Positions 47,404 through 57,295 of a DNA stretch of 64,000 nt are shown piece after piece. The stretch spans positions 60,222-124,221 of IMG/VR virus record IMGVR_UViG_3300028887_000080. One strand, 5' to 3'. Both the position numbers and the translations under genes were made by a program. This DNA comes from a virus. Lineage: Duplodnaviria; Caudoviricetes. The notes beneath the pieces were generated by a model. The model saw nothing but the letters and a program-made list of their open reading frames with translations. It made no database searches and was not told the DNA's origin. Position 1 is the first letter of the stretch; every line of letters begins with the position of its first letter.

Positions 47404-48261
47404 TTACCAAGTGAGTTCGCCTTCGTTCACTGCGGAGCGTTGGCACACTCCGTTCAATGACTCGTCAATGCAGTCCTCAATGGTCTGTGAGAGCATATTG
47501 ACAGTTGATACTTTCAGGCGGTTTCCGAGAATTTCACCGAAGGTCTTTTGGATGTCCTCCTTGTAAGCGCGATAGCAGTTCCGTGAGTCGTCAACGGCGA
47601 TGTGGAAGATGTCAAACTTCTCGCTTGCGACCCTGTAAAGTTCGGGTGTCTCAACATTTCCCTGTTCGGTTCCGTTCACGCTCTCGTTCAACTCCTCTTT
47701 CGGGAGGTAGGGGTTGAGGGGTTCGTCACCCATCGTGATGATGATGCCCTTGCGACACTGCTTGTCAAAAGCGTCAAGCGCGGTTCGTTTCAGACCCATA
47801 TACCACGCGGCGGTGTAACTCTCATAGGCGTTTCCGCCTCCGCCGTGTTCCATATAGATTTTGTCCAATGCCTCCGCGATGCGGATGTCAGACTCGAACT
47901 GCGACATCTGGATGGGTGCCTCGTCATAGGCGAGGTCGCCGATTCCCATTACGCAGAACTCAATGTCCTTGTACTTCTTGTAGAGGTTCGTCATAATGAC
48001 GTTGAGAGACTCCGCGCACTCCTGACAGGACGCACCCATAGAACCCGTCACGTCAAGAGCGAGGATGATGGGGATGGTGTTCGGGTGTTCTTCGGAATTG
48101 ACACACTCCCTGATGCTGAAAAGTTTCGGGTCAAGAGACTTGTCAATGTTGTTTTGCTTGAACACCTGACCGCTGACCTTGCGTGTCTTTGCGCAATATG
48201 ATTTGCCAGCAGACACGCTGTAATCACGGTATGATGCTTCGTTCCAACTTCCTGCACCCAT
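47404..48261 (-). CDS. vWA-domain protein
   Basis: ALDVTGSMG MIDAS motif, GGGGNAYESY, MGDE. Confidence 0.85.
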   Translation of the reverse strand: MGAGSWNEASYRDYSVSAGKSYCAKTRKVSGQVFKQNNIDKSLDPKLFSIRECVNSEEHPNTIPIILALDVTGSMGASCQECAESLNVIMTNLYKKYKDIEFCVMGIGDLAYDEAPIQMSQFESDIRIAEALDKIYMEHGGGGNAYESYTAAWYMGLKRTALDAFDKQCRKGIIITMGDEPLNPYLPKEELNESVNGTEQGNVETPELYRVASEKFDIFHIAVDDSRNCYRAYKEDIQKTFGEILGNRLKVSTVNMLSQTIEDCIDESLNGVCQRSAVNEGELTW

Positions 48262-48263
48262 AA

Positions 48264-48923
48264 TTAGTCCTCCTCAACTTTAACGGTTTTCTTTGACTTC
48301 TTGACGGGTTTGGTTTCCACTTCGTCCTCGTCCTCGTCATCGCAGTCGCAAATGTCGGTGTCAAGGTCAAAGTCAAACATTCCCTCAAAGGGGTTGGCAT
48401 TGCCGCCGCCCATAAGCATTGACATCGCCATCATCTGACCGAGACCGTTGCTGCCGCCCGTGAGGGGGTTGGCATTGCAGCCGCCCATCATCTTGGACAT
48501 CATCATCATCTTCATAATGTTGCCCACGCCCTTGCCAGATTTGAGGTCGCCGAACATAGAGACAATCTTTCCGTAGAAATAGGTCTTGCCCATAAAGATG
48601 TGGCGTTCGGGGACGATGTGTTTGATTTCGGATGACTTGTAGTCAATGACCGTGATGTCGTTCTTGTCGGCGTCAATCACGCACTTCGGTTCGTCGTTGA
48701 CGATGATGATGTCACCGACCTTCACCTTGTTTGTCGGGAGTACGAAGAACATATCCTCGCCCACGTCAAAGCAGAAGTTGCTCACATTGGTGAGGGTTCC
48801 TTTCTTCACGTTGTAGGTCTTGTACTTGTTGTCGCACTTGACCGCGATGTCGCCGTTGAGCGTCAGACGGCACCATCCTTGTTTCACTGTACGGAACATT
48901 CCGTTGAATACGTTGTCAAACAT
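48264..48923 (-). CDS. Hypothetical protein with Met/Gly-rich C-terminus (vWA-operon partner)
   Basis: MKMMMMSKMMGG low-complexity tract. Confidence 0.7.
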   Translation of the reverse strand: MFDNVFNGMFRTVKQGWCRLTLNGDIAVKCDNKYKTYNVKKGTLTNVSNFCFDVGEDMFFVLPTNKVKVGDIIIVNDEPKCVIDADKNDITVIDYKSSEIKHIVPERHIFMGKTYFYGKIVSMFGDLKSGKGVGNIMKMMMMSKMMGGCNANPLTGGSNGLGQMMAMSMLMGGGNANPFEGMFDFDLDTDICDCDDEDEDEVETKPVKKSKKTVKVEED

Positions 48924-48958
48924 AGTTTTTTGTTTTTGGTTAATAAAAAGGTTTCCTA

Positions 48959-48969
48959 TTGAATATAAT
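48959..48969 (-). promoter_or_regulatory. Putative early/middle promoter ATTATATTCAA
   Basis: Exact 11-mer. Confidence 0.6.
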
Positions 48970-48980
48970 AAAATTTCTCA

Positions 48981-49913
48981 TTATTTTTGTGTTTCGGAAC
49001 ATTTTTTCAGATTTTCCCTCAAATTCCTCTTGTACTTGTCAATCTGTTTCGTTCCGATGGTGTTAATCCTGTCGCAGATTGCGGTAACAATCTTCGGCAG
49101 GTAGGAGTTGTCATAGCATTCGTCACCGCTGTAACCCGCCTCCGCATATTGGTCGTACATAGCACCGACCCCCTTGCTTTTGCAGACGATATGGTTGCAA
49201 AGCGACATAACCACGCTCCACTCTATGTTGGGGTTTTTTTCACAACCGTCATTTTTGTACATATTATAATACCTGACGATTGTGTCCGCCACCAACACCC
49301 GTTTGCCCAAACCCATTGGATGCACCATCTTTGTCGTGAACGCATACCTCAACACCTCATTGACCACATCATTTATTGTGAACGTGTGTGTGAGCATAGG
49401 GTCGTTGAACAGGTCACAGTACATAAGGTTCATATCGGACATTATGGAAACGCGGAGGTTTTCAATGAACTCCCTGTTCTTACCCTCCATAGCGTGCTTT
49501 GAAATCAGGTCGTCTTTTTTGAGCGACAGTTCCGCGCTTTCAATCGCACTGTCAAACAGTTTGAACACACTCTTGGCGAACTCCACGTCCGCAGAAAAGA
49601 GGCGTTCCGTGCGCTCAATGTTCACATCATCCACATAATCCTCGCCGTGCATAGCATACAGGACAATGCACCAAGTTGCGGAGGTGACGTCATCATAACC
49701 GAACTTTTGGATACCGCCGTTGTGGGCGAATGCGTCAACGAGCATAGATGTCAATTTGTAAAGACGCTCTATGTAGAACGCATCATCCGTGATGAAGAAC
49801 GGGTCGTCGCCGATATAAATCTTTGATATGTAGTCATAGTATCTCGGCGCGAAGGTCTCGTGCAGGGCGACCAATGTGTAGGGCGACATAAATTCGGTTT
49901 CGGTCAGTCTCAT
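48981..49913 (-). CDS. MRxTxS-tag protein (MRLTET), 310-aa helical family
   Basis: Paralogue of the next gene (LHE.F..R...Y.SK....DP). Confidence 0.7.
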   Translation of the reverse strand: MRLTETEFMSPYTLVALHETFAPRYYDYISKIYIGDDPFFITDDAFYIERLYKLTSMLVDAFAHNGGIQKFGYDDVTSATWCIVLYAMHGEDYVDDVNIERTERLFSADVEFAKSVFKLFDSAIESAELSLKKDDLISKHAMEGKNREFIENLRVSIMSDMNLMYCDLFNDPMLTHTFTINDVVNEVLRYAFTTKMVHPMGLGKRVLVADTIVRYYNMYKNDGCEKNPNIEWSVVMSLCNHIVCKSKGVGAMYDQYAEAGYSGDECYDNSYLPKIVTAICDRINTIGTKQIDKYKRNLRENLKKCSETQK

Positions 49914-49916
49914 CGC

Positions 49917-50861
49917 TTAAAATCTTTCGGTGCTGATTTTGTTGTCAATGTTCTTCTTCGCACGCCTCTTGTACCGCTCCACATCCTTCTCGGTGATATG
50001 TTCACACATTTTGTCTATAAGGCACTCAATGAAAGTATAGGTGTCATCATCATAGTCTTTGAACGTATATTTCTCCCAACCTAACCCATCGTTTCCATTC
50101 TTATCATCCAATATGATTTCAATCATATTGTCAAAATCGGTGTTGCGTAAAAGTTGGTGTACGCACAATGCACGCCGTATATCACCAAAGCAGTCAAACT
50201 GCTGCTCATAGTTGTACTTGCCGTCATCCATCCGTGTTATCAGATGTACGGCGAGTATGGTGCGACCTTCTATCGGGTTCCTGATGTATGAGGTGAACAC
50301 AAGGCGGATGATGTCACGGAGAACTTCGTCCGCATTCGGTATCAAGTCAAAAACACATCTTGTGACAGTGTTTTCCGTGACATTGCATTTTTCCATAGCG
50401 CACCTGATTTTCTCATACAGACTTTCAAGGTACTCCTTGTTCTTTCCGCAGATGCCGTATTGCTCCATCAGGTTCTGCCTTGCCAAATTCTTATTGGCAT
50501 TGTCCATCGCCGCGTCAAACACATAGGGGAGTTCCTTTTGCAACTTCTTGCTTTTTTTGATGACTTCGTTTATGTGTGTGATGTCTTCGGGGTGCAGGAC
50601 GTCGGGTTTGTATATCACCGCGTCCTCAATGTCCCTTAACATACGTTTTACGTTCCAATAATCGTTCGGTCTTGGAAAGTATTTTTGCAGTTTGTTGGCG
50701 GGCGCGTAGATGTAATTGTCCCTGAACGAGATTATGTAATAGCAGGGGTCTTCGCTGAAAAACACCTTTGACAGGTATTTGTGGAAGCGTTCCTTGAACG
50801 CCTCGTGGAGACTTTCAAGCGTGACCTCCTGTTCAATAATGTTCGTGTCGCTGATTCTCAT
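49917..50861 (-). CDS. MRxTxS-tag protein (MRISDT), 314-aa helical family
   Basis: ATG at 50861. Confidence 0.7.
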   Translation of the reverse strand: MRISDTNIIEQEVTLESLHEAFKERFHKYLSKVFFSEDPCYYIISFRDNYIYAPANKLQKYFPRPNDYWNVKRMLRDIEDAVIYKPDVLHPEDITHINEVIKKSKKLQKELPYVFDAAMDNANKNLARQNLMEQYGICGKNKEYLESLYEKIRCAMEKCNVTENTVTRCVFDLIPNADEVLRDIIRLVFTSYIRNPIEGRTILAVHLITRMDDGKYNYEQQFDCFGDIRRALCVHQLLRNTDFDNMIEIILDDKNGNDGLGWEKYTFKDYDDDTYTFIECLIDKMCEHITEKDVERYKRRAKKNIDNKISTERF

Positions 50862-50862
50862 A

Positions 50863-53100
50863 TTATTCGTTTTGGGTCGTGAGATAGACCACGCGTGAGT
50901 TGTCCGCGGACTTGAAGTCGGGGTTGTCATAGACGCCCCAAATGAGGTTCTTCACGCTGTGTGGTTTCGGAACAACCTCGTCGTAACCGTCGGTGAACAT
51001 AACCACGCAGCGGGCGCCGCCGTTCTCGGATACCCAATCGAGGGCGTTCTTGAAGTCCGTGCCGCCAGTGATGTGCCCGCCCTTCGCGTGCTTGTCGCAT
51101 CTCTTGAGCAGCATAACCGCAGCGTCGCTGATTTTCCCCGCAAGTCTCGTGTTGGTGGTCTCGACGAGTTCGACGCGGGTGGTGAAGTATGCGTAGGTCA
51201 CGTCATATACGTTGCACTTCTTTGTGATTGCATAGCACTCCGCCAACAGGTTGCTCAAGGTCTTGTCGGAGATGGAACCCGAACAGTCCACGAGAAACAC
51301 GACGTCCTTGATTGCATCGTTGTTGGTCTTGTGCTTCAGTGTCATCGTGTCGCGCGCAAGACCTCTTTTCTCGCCCCACTCGTTTCTGAACTTCAATGAA
51401 TTGCTCATTGCGCGGTTCATCAGTTTGCGGAGTTCGTGCTGCCAGTTATAGCGGGATGCCTCGATGTCCTTCAGGTGGCGTGTGATGAGTTGCGAACCCT
51501 CCTTGCCTGCCATCTGACTTGAAAGTTCCTCCCACTTGGATTCGATGTCGTCAAGTTCCTCCTCTTTTGTGAACTCGCCCTTGTAACCCGCTTTTCTTGC
51601 GATGTTGGCGCCTTCCTGCTGACTGATGATGTCTTCGTTTGAAAGTCTTTTCGTCTTGTCGCCTGTGCCGCCTTTCCCCTGATTGAGGTAGAGTTCATAA
51701 TGCGGGGGTCTTGGGATGTTCAAATCCTCCGCGTCGGCGGGGAGAGCGGGTCTGAACTGTTTGCCGCCCATCTGTGAGAGCATACCACCGAGACCACCCA
51801 TCGGGTCGCCCGCGATGGTTGCGACAAGTTGCTTAATCTGCGAGCAGGCATTGTCAATGGCGTAGTCCCAACCCTGATTGTAGGTCTTGTAGTCGTCCTC
51901 GATGTCTCGGTCTGCGTCGAAGTCGTCGTAGTTATGGACGATTTTGTTGACCGCTTCAAAAATTTGGCGTGCCTTTTCCTCCTCTTCTTGTGTGAGAGCG
52001 CTTTGTGACTTCTTTCCCTCACCCATACGCTCGACAATCCAATCCTGAAGGTCTTTTCCGCCATCGCTCGGACTGCTCGCAAAACCCATTGTGTTCTGCA
52101 TAAACCCCATCAGGGGGACGCTTGTGGTTTTCGTTCCGTTCCGCTGTGCGGTTTTCAGGATGTCGGCAATCATATTCTTTTCCTTGTCGCTGTAGTTGCC
52201 GCTTCCGACAATTCTGTCAATCAGTTTCTGAAAGTCGTCACGCTTCGGGGTCTTTCTGATTTTTTGGATTGCCTTCTCTGAATTTTCAAGGGCGCGTGAC
52301 ACGTCGTCCTTCGTGTACTTGTCGCCGAGTCTCTTGGACATCTTGCGATAGTTCTGCTCAAGGATTTCGTTGATTTTGTGCATAGCGTCGGCAAACCCTT
52401 TCTTGAACTCCGCAGACGAAGGAACCCGCTCAATGTTGCCGCCGCCCGTTGACTTTGGCCAAACGATGTCCAACATCGGCGCCTCGACCTTTAGGTCTTT
52501 GCGGTTGATGACGTCGTTGTAAATCATTTCATACGACCACAGGTCGCTTTCCTTCGTGTCGGGGTGTTTGGTATATTTCTCCGCATAGTACGCCCCGATA
52601 TGGTCGAGTTGCCCCTGATTGACGAACTTGTCGATGAACGCGGCGCCGTTCACCTCAAAGTCCGCCGCGATGTTGGCGAGTCGTTTGTCGTGTCCGCGAC
52701 CCCTTTTCAGGTGGTTGAACACGCAGTGCAACAACTCGTGAATCATCACGAAACGGATTTCGCCGTCCGTGAGTGTGTTCGTCCAAGTCGGGTTGATGAA
52801 AAGGCGGGTTCCGTCGGTCGCCTGCGTGGGGACGTCGAAGGTGTAGATGAAGTTGACGTACTCAAGCAACGCTCCGAAACAGGGGTTCATCGCGTGTACG
52901 CTGCCGCGTGCCACGTCCACCCGCTCACGCACGTCCCTGATGTTCACCTCAATACCCGTGTTCGGGTCGATGGCGGTGTCGAGTTCTCCGAGCGGTTTGA
53001 TGGTGTCCTTTACGATTGTGACCTGCGAGGGGTCGATTTTTGTAAGGTCGGGTTTCCGTGTCCCGTTCTTTTCCTGATTTTCATTTGTATTGTTTTCCAT
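50863..53100 (-). CDS. DUF2201-type metallopeptidase plus vWA domain protein
   Basis: TQATDG, HELLH, NIAAD; VDCSGS, GGTDF, FTDG. Confidence 0.85.
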   Translation of the reverse strand: MENNTNENQEKNGTRKPDLTKIDPSQVTIVKDTIKPLGELDTAIDPNTGIEVNIRDVRERVDVARGSVHAMNPCFGALLEYVNFIYTFDVPTQATDGTRLFINPTWTNTLTDGEIRFVMIHELLHCVFNHLKRGRGHDKRLANIAADFEVNGAAFIDKFVNQGQLDHIGAYYAEKYTKHPDTKESDLWSYEMIYNDVINRKDLKVEAPMLDIVWPKSTGGGNIERVPSSAEFKKGFADAMHKINEILEQNYRKMSKRLGDKYTKDDVSRALENSEKAIQKIRKTPKRDDFQKLIDRIVGSGNYSDKEKNMIADILKTAQRNGTKTTSVPLMGFMQNTMGFASSPSDGGKDLQDWIVERMGEGKKSQSALTQEEEEKARQIFEAVNKIVHNYDDFDADRDIEDDYKTYNQGWDYAIDNACSQIKQLVATIAGDPMGGLGGMLSQMGGKQFRPALPADAEDLNIPRPPHYELYLNQGKGGTGDKTKRLSNEDIISQQEGANIARKAGYKGEFTKEEELDDIESKWEELSSQMAGKEGSQLITRHLKDIEASRYNWQHELRKLMNRAMSNSLKFRNEWGEKRGLARDTMTLKHKTNNDAIKDVVFLVDCSGSISDKTLSNLLAECYAITKKCNVYDVTYAYFTTRVELVETTNTRLAGKISDAAVMLLKRCDKHAKGGHITGGTDFKNALDWVSENGGARCVVMFTDGYDEVVPKPHSVKNLIWGVYDNPDFKSADNSRVVYLTTQNE

Positions 53101-53118
53101 ATTCGTTTGTTTTTATTG

Positions 53119-53598
53119 TTATTTCTGTTCAAATCTTGTTCTCGTTTTCGGCAGTTCATAGAAGTTGTAGCGGGCAAGTCCGTCAAGTCCCTCTATGGTT
53201 GCATATCTGCCGTTCTCTATCATAAGCGAAGTGACGAAGTCCCTGTCTATGTCGCCTTCCTCCACCTCCTCACCCTTTATCTCGTTGATGTCCACCACGA
53301 ACACCTTTTTCCCGCTCGCGAACGCATATCCCGCTTCCCAAGCGCACCCCGCCGTAGTGTTGGCGCGACCGTAGTTGAGGAGAACCACATATTCGCACGA
53401 GTCAATCGCGTTCAGGTCGTTTTGGAACACCATCAGACCCCATTCGTTGTTCGGGTAGTCCCACGCGTTCTTGACGAAATGCTCCATCGGCACATACACG
53501 TCGCTGAACCGACCGCGCAGGATTTCCGCTGCGGCGGCGATTGTCTCCCTGAAACGCGGTGACATAGACGATGCGAGATACACTTTCTTCTTTTCCAT
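53119..53598 (-). CDS. Nucleoside 2-deoxyribosyltransferase-like protein
   Basis: KVYLAS, NDLNAIDSC, GCAWEAGYAFA. Confidence 0.8.
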   Translation of the reverse strand: MEKKKVYLASSMSPRFRETIAAAAEILRGRFSDVYVPMEHFVKNAWDYPNNEWGLMVFQNDLNAIDSCEYVVLLNYGRANTTAGCAWEAGYAFASGKKVFVVDINEIKGEEVEEGDIDRDFVTSLMIENGRYATIEGLDGLARYNFYELPKTRTRFEQK

Positions 53599-53603
53599 AG
53601 GTC

Positions 53604-53861
53604 TTATTTTTTGAGGGGACACCAAGTCGGGATTTCGCATTTGGCGAAGTTGTTGTATGAGCCTCCGAGAGAAACTTTGCCGTTCTCGTTGTATTGTTCA
53701 AGTTCGGTACCCGAATTGACCGCCTTTTCGTGCGTGCAGAACCAATCATAGTTCGGTTCGTCAAAACTGTCAAAGCAGACGCTCGTGTCGGTATGCACAT
53801 AAAAGAACGGGCAGTCGTTGCAGTGCTTGATGCTGATTTTTTTCTCAATCGTTACTTCCAT
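53604..53861 (-). CDS. Small Cys-rich protein
   Basis: CNDCPF...C...IPTWCPL. Confidence 0.65.
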   Translation of the reverse strand: MEVTIEKKISIKHCNDCPFFYVHTDTSVCFDSFDEPNYDWFCTHEKAVNSGTELEQYNENGKVSLGGSYNNFAKCEIPTWCPLKK

Positions 53862-53877
53862 AGTTTTCAATTTTTAT

Positions 53878-53896
53878 GATATATCAATGATATATC
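53878..53896. repeat. GATATATC-N3-GATATATC box
   Basis: GATATATC AAT GATATATC between promoter and ATG. Confidence 0.85.
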
Positions 53897-53902
53897 GTTT
53901 TA

Positions 53903-53913
53903 TTGAATATAAT
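53903..53913 (-). promoter_or_regulatory. Putative early/middle promoter ATTATATTCAA
   Basis: Exact 11-mer. Confidence 0.6.
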
Positions 53914-53930
53914 GAAAAAAATCAAAAAAA

Positions 53931-54162
53931 TCACCACAAATTTGAAGAAATTTTTCTGATGTCAATGATTTTGATATGCACATACGCATCATTGAGTTCG
54001 CGGTTGTACTTGTAAACAGACCGCTCCGACAAGACAGGTTCCGCTTATGCTTGTGCTTTTTGTGTTCAGCATAAACATAAACGGAAAGTCGCCACCATAC
54101 AGTTTGAACTGCAAGCATTCCTTTTTCTCACTCTTGATAAGGTCGGTTTCCGTCAGTCTCAT
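53931..54162 (-). pseudogene. Truncated or frameshifted MRLTET-tag gene
   Basis: 57-aa ORF; family-like tail LSERSVYKY...VHIKII lies in another frame ending at 53931. Confidence 0.45.
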
Positions 54163-54521
54163 TTTGAACCGCCTTTCAGTTTTGAGACAAGTCTTTTTGC
54201 GTGAAATGTCCAAAACGAGGTGAACAGGACTTCCTTGTTCTCCCCGTCAATGATTCCGAAATAGTTGCGTGTCGGTGTGGTGACGATATACGCCTTATAG
54301 TTGAGTTCCTCATACAAGTAGAACTCAATGTGCGACAGTTCGCCCGCCACGACCTCATCCAATATTGTGTTGAGTTTCGCTTCCGAGTTCATACATTTCT
54401 TGTAGGTTCTCCACGCCTTCCTGTCAAATATGAACGGCAGGTACTCCATACATAACGACAGGACGAGTGGGACTGCACATACAAGCAGTGCGATTGCGAT
54501 TACATAAAAAACATTTTCCAT
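54159..54521 (-). CDS. Membrane-anchored hypothetical protein
   Basis: N-terminal TM helix. Confidence 0.65.
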   Translation of the reverse strand: MENVFYVIAIALLVCAVPLVLSLCMEYLPFIFDRKAWRTYKKCMNSEAKLNTILDEVVAGELSHIEFYLYEELNYKAYIVTTPTRNYFGIIDGENKEVLFTSFWTFHAKRLVSKLKGGSK

Positions 54522-54536
54522 AACTTTTCCTTTTTA

Positions 54537-54547
54537 TTGAATATAAT
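54537..54547 (-). promoter_or_regulatory. Putative early/middle promoter ATTATATTCAA
   Basis: Exact 11-mer. Confidence 0.6.
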
Positions 54548-54557
54548 GCAATTTTTT

Positions 54558-54998
54558 TCAATCTTTGACACGTATCATAATCAGGTCGTAATTCATTCCA
54601 TTCAAGAACTTTTGCCATACGAATCTGAACCTTGTGTTTGAAATCTTGTCCGCTTCATTTTGCAGGTCGTCCTTTGGACGATTGCTCCTATGAGTTAGAA
54701 GTTCAAGTTTGATTTTTTCACCGATACACTTCACGGACTGTATGTTGTACAGGGTGCATTTCACGTCACCCATCTTGTGAAATTCGTCCTCCATTATGTG
54801 CAGGTATGCCGCTTTCCCGTCCATTGTGCGTGCGATTTCCTCCGAGTACTTTCCGAAGAATGGTGTTGTGAGTACAAATTTGTTGCGTATCTGCGTGAAG
54901 CAGTCGCAATGCAGAACCTCCACGCCTATATACTGCATAAACACGGTGTTCCTGTCGGTGACGAGTTCTGAAAGGTTTGACAAATCGCTTATCCGCAT
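54558..54998 (-). CDS. Tag-array protein (MRISDL)
   Basis: DRN.V / LTTPFFG subfamily. Confidence 0.7.
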   Translation of the reverse strand: MRISDLSNLSELVTDRNTVFMQYIGVEVLHCDCFTQIRNKFVLTTPFFGKYSEEIARTMDGKAAYLHIMEDEFHKMGDVKCTLYNIQSVKCIGEKIKLELLTHRSNRPKDDLQNEADKISNTRFRFVWQKFLNGMNYDLIMIRVKD

Positions 54999-55471
54999 AG
55001 TTCCGCTGTTATGTTCATCCAACCATTGCCTCCAGCAGTCCAGAAACGCATTCTTGTTTCCGACATCTTGACTGCGAACTCCACAGCGTCCTCATCGTTG
55101 CAGAAAGGAACTGTCTGCGAGAAAGGAACCATCTGCGTAAATGCAAACCGCATTTCAAGCACATCGCCCGCGACATCCGCGGATACAATGTCCGCTTTCC
55201 AATTATAGTATTTGTATTTCTCAACAACCTTTTCGAGGTACAAAGACGCGTGCTTGTTGTATATCTTGTCGAGAATGGTCTTGGAGTTATCGCCGAAGTA
55301 TCTCGTGCGCATAGTGAATGCCCACTCTTTCTTCACGATTGTGAAATTCATATTGTCCAATGGGTTTTCGTACTCATCTTCCGTCAGAATGTTTATTCCG
55401 TCGAATTTGACAAACACGCTGTTTTTGTCCATCGCCGCGTCAAATACGTTTTTGCTTTCAGTGATTCTCAT
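54989..55471 (-). CDS. Tag-array protein (MRITES)
   Basis: DKN.V / TRYFG subfamily. Confidence 0.7.
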   Translation of the reverse strand: MRITESKNVFDAAMDKNSVFVKFDGINILTEDEYENPLDNMNFTIVKKEWAFTMRTRYFGDNSKTILDKIYNKHASLYLEKVVEKYKYYNWKADIVSADVAGDVLEMRFAFTQMVPFSQTVPFCNDEDAVEFAVKMSETRMRFWTAGGNGWMNITAELCG

Positions 55472-55907
55472 AATGTTTCAGCATTTTGATATACATCACC
55501 ACGTTGCCTTTCTCTATGTCGAAATCCACGGTTTCGTCCGACAGTAATTTGCAAAGTCGCTCCGCCATTTCTTGCGTCATACGAAAGTCGCACGTTATAA
55601 GTTGCAATATCAGTTCTCCGTCTACAACATTGCCGCCTTCGACAGTGTACACCTTCGGAAATTCGTCATTGCCGCGTTCGTCCAAGATTCCGTACAGCTT
55701 GAGTCTTGTGTACCTGTTTCTCACGTTGTTCAGGACTTCCCCGCTTTTGTTTCCGAAGAACCTTGTGTGCAGCGTGAAGAAATACCGCACCAATTCTCTG
55801 TTGTCCACGCTGATGTCATCCGCCCAATTCGTGCCGAGGAACTTCACATTCACGTGGTGTTTGTCAAGCAGATTACGCGAAATATCTTTGTTGTCAGTCA
55901 GTCTCAT
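55458..55907 (-). CDS. Tag-array protein (MRLTDN)
   Basis: Close paralogue of 56339-56776. Confidence 0.75.
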   Translation of the reverse strand: MRLTDNKDISRNLLDKHHVNVKFLGTNWADDISVDNRELVRYFFTLHTRFFGNKSGEVLNNVRNRYTRLKLYGILDERGNDEFPKVYTVEGGNVVDGELILQLITCDFRMTQEMAERLCKLLSDETVDFDIEKGNVVMYIKMLKHYENH

Positions 55908-56352
55908 AAATCTCGTACATATTTACGTAAATGAAATCCGCATTTGTCTTTACTACATCAATATCAAACCTTGTTCCTGAAACGACCTCCGCGTCATATT
56001 GGGCGCACTCGTAGTCGGGATACGCATCCGTTGAAATCTGTATGACTATGTTGTCGTCGTCCCTGTCGATGGCGTCCACTGTGAATATAAAGGTCTCAAG
56101 CGCGTTGAGTTTTGAGTAGCAGGAGTTCGCCCTGTTGATGAAAAGCGCCATACCCCTTATCGTGTGAACCCCCATTTGCAATTTATATATCTGTTCAACG
56201 ACGTCCTTTGTATGCACGCCATAGAACTTGCTCCTGACGGTGAATATGTACTTGCCCCTCCGTCCTGTCGGGAACGTGCCGTTGAACATCATCTCAACGG
56301 CGTTTCTGTCCTCCATCGCCCTTGCCATATCCTTGTTTTCAGTCAGTCTCAT
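55894..56352 (-). CDS. Tag-array protein (MRLTEN)
   Basis: DRNAV / SKFYG. Confidence 0.7.
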   Translation of the reverse strand: MRLTENKDMARAMEDRNAVEMMFNGTFPTGRRGKYIFTVRSKFYGVHTKDVVEQIYKLQMGVHTIRGMALFINRANSCYSKLNALETFIFTVDAIDRDDDNIVIQISTDAYPDYECAQYDAEVVSGTRFDIDVVKTNADFIYVNMYEIYETD

Positions 56353-56776
56353 AGCATTTGTGCATTTTGATATACATCACCTCATTGCCTCTCTCTATGT
56401 CGATGTCGAACCTCACAAATTCATTCGACAGGATTTCACAAAGGGTCTCCGCCCTGTCGCAGTTCATATTGGGCATAGAGGTCTCGAACTCCAACGTCAA
56501 CCCTCCGTTTTCAACCTTCCCGTCGTTCACAATGTATTTCATACACGAAAGGTCGTTATGTTTTTCAAAAATGTTGCAGAGTATGAGTCTTGTGTACCTG
56601 TTTCTCACGTTGTTCAGGACTTCGGCGCTTTTTTCACCGAAGAACTTTGTGTGCAGCGTGAAAAAGTAAAATTGCCGTCCGCGGCACATATCGTTGTACG
56701 TTCCAGTCGTTCGCACCTTTACACGGTTGGCGTCCAACAGGTTCTGCGAAATATTTTTGTTGTCAGTCAGTCTCAT
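56339..56776 (-). CDS. Tag-array protein (MRLTDN)
   Basis: FFTLHTKFFG..S.EVLNNVRNRYTRL. Confidence 0.75.
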   Translation of the reverse strand: MRLTDNKNISQNLLDANRVKVRTTGTYNDMCRGRQFYFFTLHTKFFGEKSAEVLNNVRNRYTRLILCNIFEKHNDLSCMKYIVNDGKVENGGLTLEFETSMPNMNCDRAETLCEILSNEFVRFDIDIERGNEVMYIKMHKCYETD

Positions 56777-57295
56777 AGTCCTTCCATTTTGAACGTCGCT
56801 CTCCATTTGATTTCAAATGTGTCTATGTCATAGACACCCATACTTGTCACGGTTATGTTTCGGTGTTTGATTTTCGCAGACCTGTCGGACAGGTATTTGA
56901 CAATCAGTTTCCTGCACGCGGCGACTTCTGCAAAGTCGTTTTGGTCGGACTTCGGGTATTTCCACGCTTTCACCAATCCGCTGTTCCCGTAAAAATCGAC
57001 CGCTGTCGTGGAGTTTTTGTTTTGGAACGCAAGCAATGTGTCGCAGATTGTCTTCATATCACCGTCCACCATTTTCAATTCGACAGGAATGTATGCGACA
57101 AGAGTGTTTGTTGTGATTTCCATTTTTTTTGTTCTTTATCACGACACCCACAACAGTGTCCGGCATCACACACCCGTCGTTGTATAACGAAACAACCTGT
57201 TGGACGCCATACTTCGGATTCTTGTCAAAGAAATCGCATATATCGTCGAACAGGGACTTGAGTGTTGTCATATTATTGCTATCGCTTATTCGCAT
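56773..57295 (-). pseudogene. Tag-array gene (MRISDS) split by an A8 run into ORFs 57059-57295 and 56773-57123
   Basis: Removing one A at 57123-57130 fuses the ORFs into about 173 aa. Confidence 0.5.
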
